Part shown: in pieces, positions 1 to 10,094 of the stretch
Layout of the letters: each line of letters begins with the position of its first letter
Numbering within the stretch: the stretch's first letter is position 1
NCBI RefSeq assembly: GCF_001194135.2
Contig: NC_068996.1
Location: forward strand, 38,672,566-38,710,955
Reading direction: 5' to 3'
Length of the DNA: 38,390 bases
Source of the DNA: Octopus bimaculoides
Lineage: Eukaryota
The notes under the pieces: generated by a model
Told to the model about the DNA's origin: nothing
The model's database searches: none
What the model saw: only the letters and a program-made list of their open reading frames with translations
Program-made: the position numbers and the translations under genes

Positions 1-733
1 ATATATATATATATATAAAAATATATTAATGTTTCAAAGCACTTTCTGAATAATTCATTTTGAATGATTAATTCATCTTGAGAATCTGTTTATCTGGAAA
101 ATCTTTCTTTCTTTTCCTGGTTCTGGTTTCTTATTCACAAATAAGAAATGTACAACAGTTCCTTGGATTAACGTTCATTTAGTTTTAACATTTTTCTGCA
201 GTGGCCTTCCTCTAAATAGTTCTTTTAATGTAAAGTAAGTTACTGGGAAGATCTCCATCCTAAAAATTGAAACGAATTCTTGAATCGTTCTTGGCTTTAA
301 CGTGATATTCTGAATTGTTCAACTTTCTACGTTAATTTATTATTCATTACATAAACGTTGTGAGAAATCCTAAATCATCAATATCCCTTGAAAAAAATAC
401 TATTTTTAGCCATGTTGGATTCGTTTGAATTTTTAGGGTTAAACACAAACATGAAACTTTTTGAATTTCCCCAATAACTGAAACGTAATGTTCAAATGTT
501 TTTATTGTAAGTTTTTTATCTATACAAAATTCTTTTTATTTTAATGAGATTTCATTTGGTCTTGGAGTTTTTTTTTAATTTCGAGAAAATGCTTTAATTT
601 GTTGCGGAGACTAAAGCCTAATTATATTTATCACTAATTTCAGATAATCAAATGTCTTAATGTTTTCTCTCTCTCTTTCTCGAATTTGTATATACATATT
701 CTACCCCCTCTCTGTATTTAATCCCTTTCACAG

Positions 734-829
734 GTTTTGAGAATTTTATAACGATTTTAAAAAATTTGCAAAGGGATAGAATAGACCTTGTACAACAAAT
801 TCACAGTGGATAAGAGAAATGGTGTCAGG
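734..829 (+). other. CNOT7: Probable 5'UTR part of the first coding exon of CNOT7/8
   Basis: Pyrimidine-rich tract ending tttcacag at 733, 96 nt upstream of the ATG at 830. Any upstream non-coding exon is not identifiable here. Confidence 0.55.
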
Positions 830-946
830 ATGCCTTCGGTAGTACCAGCTCCAGAATGGGGTTTCAGAGATGTATGGCAAAGCAATTTAGAAGAAGAATT
901 TCGACATATTCGCCAGGTTGTTCAACAATATCGATATGTCGCTATG
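830..946 (+). CDS. CNOT7: CCR4-NOT deadenylase subunit CNOT7/8 (CAF1/POP2), coding exon 1 (117 nt)
   Basis: MPSVVPAPEWGFRDVWQSNLEEEFRHIRQVVQQYRYVAM matches the CAF1 N-terminus (VW..NLEEE..IRQV...Y.YVAM). Donor ATG|gtatgt at 947, phase 0. Confidence 0.95.
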
Positions 947-1463
947 GTATGTATAAAATGTGTATTCAATTTCTCTACGTTTATAGCTAATGGGAATTTG
1001 TAATTTATAGATTTAAATAAATTATTTAAAATTTTATTACGTAGTACTGTTAAATGTCTTAATAGATTGTAAGTTAATATGGTCCAAGACGATGATAATT
1101 CTGATATTTTGAAACAAAATTACTTTTAATTTTGGTAAATTTCATCTTAATAAATCTAAAAACAAGTTACTACATTTGTCAGCTTTGAGCTTATCAATTT
1201 GATATTTGTGAAATTTGGAGAGAACGATGTTTATAAATTAAATATAAGAAATTTACCCGCGACAGATATTGTTTTATCTTTTATATGCAATTATGTCATG
1301 TACATTTCAGAAAGCAAAAGCTTTAGAAGGGACAGTTTTGAAAGTAAAATTTTGTACCGCTCGGGAGAATACCTGTTTTGATAGACGAGTATGGAGGACA
1401 GCTGGGCATGTCTGACGTACATGTTACAAATCAATGACTTAATGATTTGCTTTTAACCAAGTC

Positions 1464-1784
1464 CAGTGGTTCTCCACGGGGGTCCGTTTATATGAGATTT
1501 TGTCATTAAAATTTGTGCAATAAATTGGTTATATTTCTGTAACACACTGTGGCGGAGGTAAAGGATACGTACACTACCGGTTTTCGGCGTAAATAAACCC
1601 TAACCTTAACCCTAAACCGTTAACCACCGGGTTATTCTTTACCTTCGCCCACAATGTTTTTAAGATTTTTTTGTATATGCAATTCCTAATATTTAATTAT
1701 ATAAAATAAACAATAGACTTTTTTAGCATTTGGTATTCCGATAGAGTAAAATTGGAATCGAAGAGGTCCATAGGCGAACCACTG
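1464..1784. mobile_element. hAT/Charlie-like MITE in CNOT7 coding intron 1
   Basis: TIRs CAGTGGTTCTCC (1464) and GGCGAACCACTG (ends 1784), 11/12 complementary. CAGTGGTTC termini are typical of Charlie-type hATs. No clean TSD. Confidence 0.6.
1551..1649. mobile_element. Merlin-like MITE with internal telomeric hexamers, copy 1 (nested in the hAT MITE)
   Basis: 17-bp TIRs GGCGGAGGTAAAGGATA / TATTCTTTACCTTCGCC (15/17); 8-bp TSD CACACTGT / CACAATGT; internal CCCTAA-CCTTAA-CCCTAA. Confidence 0.75.
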
Positions 1785-3167
1785 ACTTCTTTTCAAATCA
1801 CTTCTTACTATTAGAGATGAGAACTCGAATTTCAACGTTGGTAGTTTTCAAAACGGAGCACCTGCTCTCAGTCGTTACAGAAAAAGGTTATGGAATTCTT
1901 ACTCTGTTCCACTTCTCTCCTCAAAGTTAAATCGATAGCAACTTCAGTATGGTTAACGATGAGGTGGAGAAAAATCAGTAACTTCAGTCTGTTTTCAACA
2001 CATCAGCAACTTGGATGTTTAATCAGGTATAAATGTTTCTGCTACCAATCACTTTTATCGTTATAGGTAACAAAAACAAAGTTCTGAGAAGGCTTAGTTT
2101 GGATAAGATGTGTTTAGGATTTTATCAGGATGTCAAACGAAAACGCTACTATTATGGCGGGACAATTGAAGTACTTCGTTTGGAACTTTTTAAAAATAAA
2201 TCTGGGGTTAATGCTTGGAATGTCCTATACTGTAATCTCTTGGATGTGAAAAAAAAAATAGGCAATGTAAGTTATGCCTGTCCTGAGGATTGGCTGTAAG
2301 GAAGTTCATGTACAAGTAGTTCATCAGATCTATATCAATCCTGCTTATTGTCTATAACATATTTCAGGAGTGGTGACTTTGGTGACATTTCTGCTAATGT
2401 GTTTGTAGAGCTGCAGATAATCTTTCCAGGTTTGAGCATTGTCTAGAATTTGTCTATTATAGAGATGATGAGTGAACACAGTCCCAAAGATTTGATGTTG
2501 CTTGATTAGTAAATAGGTATTTGACACTTTAGTACACAAAAGATGCAGAAGGATCACTAGCAGAACAAAAATACTTAGCAGTTTCTATGAGAGATATGGT
2601 TGTGGTGCTAGAAGATATACGGTTTGTGGAATGTTTGATAGGGAGCAGAATAAACTGAGATAAGAGCAACTGAAGGATGTGTACACTGGTGCAGACATAT
2701 TCTTTGGATGGATAGTGGTTCTCTGAATTGTTTTGGGTAGAAAATAGAAGAAATGGTAAGGCCATACTCAAGAGATTGGGTCTTCAAAAATGGATAGGTG
2801 ACACTACAGTACATAAAATTTGTGCAACGGTACTAGTACAGCACATAATTTTTATTGCACTTGAGTGAGCTAACTGTAAATTGAATATCTTTTTTTTTTA
2901 AACTACTCATTCAGAAATGTTTTACACTGATCTTCATAGGTTGATCAGTGTCCTTTTTTTTCTTTTTCTTTTTTCTTTCTTTCAGTTTTTCAAATCAGCT
3001 AAACAAGTGTTTGTAAGAAACTGAAAATAGGGGTCTGGACAATTTGTAGAAAATTTGACAATTGTAGTATAAACATGCTTTTGATACAGATCTTTTTGGA
3101 AAATAATACTAGCAGAATATTTGGATTTAAAATTTTTTTAACCTAATTGTTTAAATTTTATTTGTAG

Positions 3168-3361
3168 GATACAGAATTTCCTGGGGTAGTTGCCCGTCCA
3201 ATCGGAGATTTTCGAAGTACAGCTGACTACCAGTACCAACTTTTACGCTGCAATGTTGACCTGCTCAAAATCATCCAAGTCGGGATTACATTTTTAGATG
3301 ATTTTGGACAGACAGCTACTCCTATTTCCACATGGCAATTCAATTTCAAATTTAATCTTAC
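3168..3361 (+). CDS. CNOT7: CNOT7/8 coding exon 2 (194 nt)
   Basis: Acceptor tttgtag|. Reads DTEFPGVVARPIGDFRSTADYQYQLLRCNVDLLKIIQVGITFLDDFGQTATPISTWQFNFKFNL(T), containing the first two acidic residues of the DEDD motif. Donor AC|gttagt, phase 2. Confidence 0.97.
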
Positions 3362-3516
3362 GTTAGTGATTTTCTTTTCTCCTGATACTTTGCAACTTTT
3401 TTCTAAATAGCTATTTTCTTGATATTTTTATTGTAGTTGTTAAAATAAATTTTTTTCATAATTCTTTATTATTGTAGTTTAGAATTTTTTAAATTTTGTG
3501 CATTTTTAAATTTCAG

Positions 3517-3678
3517 AGAAGATATGTATGCTCAAGAGTCTATAGATCTTCTAACAAAATCTGGTATACAGTTTAAAAAGCACGAAGAAGAAGGAATCCA
3601 TGTAGATAATTTTGCTGAATTGCTCATGACCTCTGGAGTTGTTCTGGCAGATCAAGTGAAGTGGCTATCGTTTCATAG
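3517..3678 (+). CDS. CNOT7: CNOT7/8 coding exon 3 (162 nt)
   Basis: Acceptor tttcag|. Reads EDMYAQESIDLLTKSGIQFKKHEEEGIHVDNFAELLMTSGVVLADQVKWLSFH(S). Donor AG|gtgagg. Confidence 0.97.
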
Positions 3679-5043
3679 GTGAGGATAAAAGAAATTTTAT
3701 TAATTGCCTGCTTTTTGTAAATGTTACCAATACAGAGCCTTGACTACAAGGTCTCATAACTAAAATGCTGTAATGGTACTGTTATGACAAGATACTTGCT
3801 CACATCCAGTTCTGAGATATCTCCTGATTGTAACCTTCCACATAATAATTAGTTCTAATGGCTTTTACAACTTGAGGCTGTAAATATTGTTTTCCAAGAC
3901 TACCAGAAAGTAGAGATGGGTAAAAACACCACTGGCTGGATGGAAAGCAAAAGAACCAGCAAAAATTTCTCAAAATAGAATGGGTGGTGTGAGCCAATTA
4001 CTTAGTGGCTGTAGCATTTGATTGGGTAAAATTGTATGAAATAGACAGTGTTGCTTTGTATATATTCAGATACCATATTTTTGTTTTACAATTCTTTTAT
4101 TATATTTTACTAAATATTTTGTAATGTAAAATTTTATATTCTAAAGCAGTTATTTTTACAGCATTGACTCTAGCTAAAAATATTTTATTGCATTTTGAAT
4201 GAAATTGTGGAATATTTACACGTTTATTTGAAACTGTCTAAATTTGCTTAGGGTTCAAATGACATAGGCATATTATGATAAGGCTTGTCAGGATAAGAGC
4301 TTAATGAATTAGAAAATTTCAATTTTTCTTTTGAATCATTGATTTATAAAATATTTAAATACTATTATGATAGTTGTAAATTTACTAAGTAACATTGGAC
4401 ATTTATGTTGAAGAATGGGAATTCCATTATAAATAATACAATCTATAAGTAAATTTTACTAGGTTAAAGGGAATCGAAATGTATGTAATTTTTATGAAAT
4501 TTTGATTTATACTTTTTCATTACACAATTTTGGTAGTCAAGGTAACCATTTCAGTGCACCCAAAACTGAGGAAGATATCCTCAGACCAGATTTTTTGCTT
4601 GATTACTTGCAACATTGTGCTATATACTAAGGTACCTAAGGACCAAGTGATGTTTAACTGAGCAAGAGGTTGAGTTTTACCACCCACTGATCATTGATCT
4701 CCATTCATCTTTGGATACATATTAGTTAGTGATTAGTTTGAACTTCACTTAAACATGTGAATAAAATGTCTTGTTAGTTTGTGGAAATGGAAACTGAAAG
4801 TGAGCAATTTTAAAGAATCTGTTTGATATTCACTTTGTCATGCTTACATGGGTTGGATGAGATTTATTAGGGCAGATATTTTATGATTAGATGCTGTTCT
4901 TGTTAAATTTCAACTGTTTCTAAGTAAGATATTTCCCCATGGCTGAAGATGTTTTCATGGAAAATTGGAAACCTGTTTGTATGATGGTAACACTTGTTTG
5001 ATAGTTCCCATATAAGATGTACACACACACACACACACAACAG

Positions 5044-5170
5044 GTTTCTTTCTGCTCTCATCTACCAAATCTGTTTGCAAGGTTTTGGTCAGTGTAAGGC
5101 TGTAGCAAAGTGACATGCAGTGAGACTAAACCTGAAAACACATTTGTAAACTTAGTCTCATAACTATGCC
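5044..5170 (-). mobile_element. Degenerate SINE head remnant (family A) in intron 3
   Basis: tctaccaaatc...aaggttttggtc...aggctgtagca resembles the reverse strand of family A. Confidence 0.4.
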
Positions 5171-5534
5171 TGAAATATATATGTGAATACTGAATATATG
5201 GAAGATTTTGCTAACATAACATTTTGAAATGAAGCAAAAAAATTCCCAAAATTGTATCTAGTATTGAACAATCCTCTCCTCAGTTTGTTGCTAATTAACA
5301 TTGATATAACCTCTTATTTACCATTGAGCTTTGAAAATAAAAGTCCTCCTGTAATGCTAAATAACCTTTCCCACAGCCCTTGGTTGCAATTTCCAAATGT
5401 GTTAGATCCTCTGAGATTTATTACAAATCTTTCAGTATTTTTAACAAGTGTTCAGACTTCTCCCTTGAATTGTCGGAAACTTGTTACAAGAGACAGCTAA
5501 AAAAAAAAAAAATTTAAAAAAAGAAGAGCCTTCT

Positions 5535-5660
5535 TACATATGTAGGCAGTGAGCTGACAGAATCATTAGCACGTCAGGCTAAATGTTTTAGCATTTCTTG
5601 TGTTTTTTAGAACATAAAGTTCAAATCCTGATCAGCTTTGCTTTTATACACTTTTGACAT
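5535..5660 (+). mobile_element. Degenerate tRNA-derived SINE remnant (family C) in intron 3
   Basis: ggcagtgagctgacagaatcattagca...agttcaaatcc...gctttgctttt resembles the head of the 18975-19196 element. Confidence 0.4.
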
Positions 5661-5892
5661 CTACACAGCTTCTCTTTACTTTCTTATATCACCAACTACC
5701 TTGAGTAGGAAACAAGCTGGTAAAAATCCTAAAACTACCACCCTCCTGGCTCAACAGCTTACACCTGTTATCTAAGCCTCTTAACTATTTCATGCAATTA
5801 TTTTGAATGTAACTGATTTATATCTAAACTTTAACCAGAAAATATTTTGTAAACTACACTCTTATGATGATGATTTTATTTTAACTTTTCAG

Positions 5893-6070
5893 TGGCTTTG
5901 ATTTTGGTTACATGTTAAAAATTCTGACTAATAGCAATCTACCAGCTGAAGAAGTGGACTTTTTTGAGCTGCTGTCTATTTACTTTCCAAATATTTACGA
6001 TGTTAAATATTTAATGAAGAGCTGCAAAAATCTAAAAGGTGGCTTACAAGAAGTTGCTGAACAACTAGAA
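5893..6070 (+). CDS. CNOT7: CNOT7/8 coding exon 4 (178 nt)
   Basis: Acceptor ttttcag|. Reads GFDFGYMLKILTNSNLPAEEVDFFELLSIYFPNIYDVKYLMKSCKNLKGGLQEVAEQLE, with the third DEDD Asp in GFDFGY. Donor GAA|gtaagt. Confidence 0.97.
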
Positions 6071-6974
6071 GTAAGTGTTATCAATGTAATATTGTCAAAA
6101 AGCAAATTTTCAGGTTTATTCAACCAAGAAAGGAAATAAAATTAGATGTTTGCTAATTTGGATGTGAGATAAAAAAAAAAAAAAAAAAAGAAGTTATTCA
6201 AAATTGCAAGGTGGTCCATATTTATAGTTTCTGAAATAACACTGATACACTTGCTTTCAATGATACTGAAACAAGAGGTATAAATTGTTGAAAGCAACTG
6301 AATCATTGTCAACTGCTGTAAAAAAAAAACAAGATGTATTAAAAGGAACAGCTACAAACCCTTAAACTGATTGAAATATTGGAAGTAGCTGAGGGACTTT
6401 TAGCAAAGTTAGTGCAGAATAGGGCTTGCTTAAGATGCAGTTTGAGTTTGTGAACTGTAAATGCTTTTGTTGGGGTGGAATTAAGTTAACTCTTGGTATT
6501 ATCTTTGGTAATACAGTTCTATATTTAAGAGATGAGGAATTAATAATCTTTGGTAATGTCTTTATACTATCTCTATTCTCATAGAATAAAAGAATGGCAA
6601 ATTTCCTTTATCTTGTATCCGAGAAGTCTTAATGATTTCTTTTTTAGCCCAGAGATTTCCTTACTTTGCTGGAGATCAATATAGCTATTATAAAAAATTT
6701 GTTGCTTTAATTTTCTAAATCAATTTTCAAAAGTGGGCTACAAGCCATGGGTCATGATTAAGTGGGTTGCACTGCTAAAACAAATCAAAAGTAGTATTTC
6801 ATTGTATGTTCCATTCAGAAAGTACTGCAGGTTGTCCATGACTGATTTAGATTCTGAAGTCTACATGCTTGATCAAGCTCATTTCTTTGATTCTTTTCAA
6901 GCTAATTTGAAATTCCTTTTGCCACTTACATTGCTTTGACCCTACTTTTTTTTTTAGAAAGCGCAGAGAAGAAT

Positions 6975-7170
6975 TTGGCCACATCCAGCCCAAATATTCC
7001 TCTTGTTTTATGTTTAAACAGACCAGATGCGCTTCTCACATGAATCCTACAATGTCATTCTAAAAATAATCAGATCATCAAAATCTCAAAGCTATGAGAT
7101 AATACATGGTTAATTCAAAACAATGTGAATAAATATATTTGATGGAGTAATCTGAATGCTAAAGGGTTAA
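6975..7170 (+). mobile_element. piggyBac-like MITE family P1, left end eroded, in intron 4
   Basis: Ends AATGCTAAAGGG|TTAA. Body aligns to the copies at 13238, 13443 and 15235, whose left ends read CCCTTTAG(C/G)ATT. Confidence 0.7.
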
Positions 7171-7362
7171 ACTTAATTCCAGCTGCCTGGACACTGTTAG
7201 TTTGATAGCTTAACTGAAAAGAGTGCATGGATATATGAATTGTAGAACATTATTTGGATCTATAGATTCTGGCAAAATTTGTTACATTTTAAGATCAATT
7301 TATGTCTTTGTTTCTTTGTATTGAAAATTGAATAATCTTTGAATTTATTGAAAATATTGTAG

Positions 7363-7440
7363 ATTTGTAGAATTGGACCACAGCACCAAGCTGGTAGTGA
7401 CAGTCTATTGACAGGAGCAGCATTTTTCAAGATGAGGGAG
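7363..7440 (+). CDS. CNOT7: CNOT7/8 coding exon 5 (78 nt)
   Basis: Acceptor ttgtag|. Reads ICRIGPQHQAGSDSLLTGAAFFKMRE, with the catalytic His and last Asp (QHQAGSDS). Donor GAG|gtaagt. Confidence 0.95.
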
Positions 7441-7581
7441 GTAAGTTACTTAGTGTCATCATTTTAAAGATTCTTTTTTTAAAAATGTGGAGATTAGATG
7501 CATATGAAGCCTTCTTGAAACCTTGAATTTTTTTTTAATATCTTCCAGTTTCTCCTGAAGTAAAATTTGTAATGTAATTAA

Positions 7582-7791
7582 CCCTTTTGATACCAACCTG
7601 CCTGAAACTACCTCTGGCTCTGTAGTACAAATGTCTTGTCTTCAAAAGTTTTGAATTAAAATCTTCCAAACCGTAGTCACAATTTATGTTCCTAACACTA
7701 GCTTAATGATAACTAAGTTGTTTTACTAAATTCTTTGTTATATTTAAAATTGACAAATGCAGAGCATCTCAAAATAAATATAACAAAAGGG
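7582..7791. mobile_element. piggyBac-like MITE family P2 (210 bp) in intron 5
   Basis: TTAA|CCCTTTTG ... CAAAAGGG|TTAA: CCC termini with TTAA on both sides (7578-7581, 7792-7795). Confidence 0.8.
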
Positions 7792-8342
7792 TTAAAATTT
7801 TTTGCCAAGGTTTTATGAAATGGTGGTTTGCAGTATGTTGTCTCCATGTGACAGTTATAAAAACAAATTGGAAAATATGTGGTTTACATGTTACTAAATC
7901 TCTCATACCACTTCATATAATTCAAAATGTTGATAAATATTTTATGAAACCAGTCTAAATTAATGATTATTTTATTTTAATTGAAATACATATTTTAGTA
8001 TGAAATATAAAAAGTTTAAGTTCATTTTAGTATAGTGAAGGTAATTTTCTTATTAACCTAGTAATGACTTAAGTATAATCTCTTTAAATTTTTGTCCTTG
8101 TCAGATCAAAGGTTCATTGGTTTTTGGCAGGAGTTGTAGAGCAAGCTATAAATCAACACCTACACTATACTTTTTTTTTTTTCCTTTACTGGAAGCATTG
8201 AACTTTTTCCATCAAAATAATTCAATATTTGATTTGTCATTCATGAAACTTACTTTGCTTTTAAAAATACAGTAAATTTAACCCCTTTTTGTATAAACTG
8301 ACTTCCAATTTTGATTATAATCTATCGTTTTTTTCTTTTCAG

Positions 8343-8525
8343 ATGTTCTTTGAAGACAATATTGATGATGCGAAATACTTGGGTCATTTGTTTGGTTTGG
8401 GAACTCCATTTATTCAAAATGGCTCTAGTTATGAGAACAGTCATGTGTATGTGGCCCAGAATTCAACTATTCACAGTTCCAACAATGGAGAAGATTCTGG
8501 TACAAATCCTACAAATTCATCATAA
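8343..8525 (+). CDS. CNOT7: CNOT7/8 coding exon 6 (183 nt including stop)
   Basis: Acceptor ttttcttttcag|. Reads MFFEDNIDDAKYLGHLFGLG, then an S/N-rich tail, then TAA. The six exons sum to 912 nt = 303 aa + stop. Confidence 0.95.
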   Translation: MFFEDNIDDAKYLGHLFGLGTPFIQNGSSYENSHVYVAQNSTIHSSNNGEDSGTNPTNSS

Positions 8526-8572
8526 CTACCAATGAAAAAAAAAAATTGGCATAAACATTAAGTGGAAACGAT

Positions 8573-8574
<2 letters not shown>

Positions 8575-8616
<42 letters not shown>
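8575..8616 (+). repeat. Poly(T)42 homopolymer in the proximal 3'UTR
   Basis: Uninterrupted T run starting 50 nt after the stop codon. Confidence 0.9.
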
Positions 8617-8617
<1 letters not shown>

Positions 8618-10084
8618 TGCAGAATTTTGTAATCATCTCAATATTCCTCTTCATTAGGTTCTCCCACTTGATCCATACATCTAAACATATGTAAATTTAT
8701 CAACTGAAGTGTTGTAAGACTTTAATTGAAAAATGCTGTTTTCTCCTATTCTAAACACATAAAATATCTCACCAAAAACATAGTCACCATTGCTGTTAGC
8801 AGCCGTTGTAATTTGGTAGGGGACTGCATTTGTGAATTCTTCTGGGAAGTGCAAGTACATTACATCAGATATGGTTTCCTGTTTTTTTTTCCCCCTCACT
8901 CAACTCTTAAAGAGTTAGCTAGGTAAAAAGCCTAAGCAAAAGAATGCAGAAAACGTTTTTTTTTTTCTATGCTTCAATGATTTCTCTTTGTTTTCAAATT
9001 ATTCAGTTACTGAAAATTAATCCTTACCAGCCTATCTTCAAAGAATTTACTGATTTAACATGGAAGTTTATTCCTTTAGAAAATATGTCCAATATCTTAA
9101 GGCATCTGTATTGAGGTTAAATGTCAAGATTAATTTCTTGTATAATGAAATTTACCAAATTATGAATTGATTTCCCTCCTACAGTAATAGTACCTATGAT
9201 CACTCGTATGTATACCTGTATGTTTCTCTTGCATTGTTCATTTTCTTTTTGCCATATGTTCTTTTTTAAAAGTACATATGTCCCAAAACAGTATCCCAAA
9301 GATTTTTTTTTCCTTTGGAATATACAAAAATTAAGTTTATGCAGGACTTTTATAATGCGTGTTAGGTAAGGATGTCTGCAAAGTTTATACTCGTATTTTT
9401 GAGTCTGTTACCTATTAATCATTTACTAAAGAACATTGTCAGCGATCTTTGCCTTTTAATGCTTGTTTTTGTTTCTACCATAACGTTTACAAAGGCTGCT
9501 AATAGCACATTGCAACACTCGTATATCAAGTGTTGATCATGCGATTAAATAACTTAGCCACTTTAAAAGTAGGGCACTTATGAAGGAGAGAATAATTCTA
9601 GAACATTATAATGCAGATCTTATCTAGAATGTTTACCCACAAGCACATATACAAAAACAAAGTAAGCAGTAACTGATTAAATAGCTGAACAAATTATTAT
9701 ACAACAGCATATGTGCACAGGTGATTGGTTAGTTGTAGAAAATATGTCCAGTTTGAAAGACTTCTCCCCCACCCCTCAAAAAAACAAACATATTTGAACT
9801 TACAGAAACACTGCTTTAAAAATTAAAATACAATGGTCTTATAATAGATAGCTAAATACATTAGCAAAATGTTTTTCATTACCTTAATTTCTGTGTTTCT
9901 TTATTCAAATAGTTCTAGTATCATGTTACCGTTATATAATTCTTTTCACCTATTTACTACAATTGAACATGGCACATTTCATAAAAAAACAAACTTTAAC
10001 TGCATAAAGACATTTTACTTCTTCCATAACTATAAAAATAAATCAGTATTTTACTTTGATATGAAGGCATTTGGATAAAATATT

Positions 10085-10094
10085 TGTAAATAAA
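10085..10094 (+). promoter_or_regulatory. Candidate polyadenylation signal overlapping a Pumilio response element
   Basis: TGTAAATAAA: TGTAAATA fits UGUANAUA (10085-10092) and AATAAA lies at 10089-10094. Confidence 0.35.

Noticed and set aside
788-1003. 71-aa ORF as a single-exon gene or N-terminal extension of CNOT7
   Set aside because: Starts at TTG; CAF1 similarity covers only 830-946 and the rest is intron read-through.
1595-1617. True telomere or fusion-derived interstitial telomeric site
   Set aside because: Only 2-3 hexamers, enclosed by TIRs and a TSD, so they belong to a MITE.
2240-2830. GC-richer CpG-poor intronic stretch with short ORFs, possibly an old TE or hidden exon
   Set aside because: No recognisable motif, no second copy, and the CNOT7 frame needs no extra exon.
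6450-6700. Possible L1-like remnant (GYKI motif on the minus strand) in intron 4
   Set aside because: A single four-residue match is not enough evidence.
7363-7370. Second AG (TTTGTAG at 7370) as the exon 5 acceptor
   Set aside because: It would shift the frame and destroy the HQAGSD motif; at most a minor NMD isoform.
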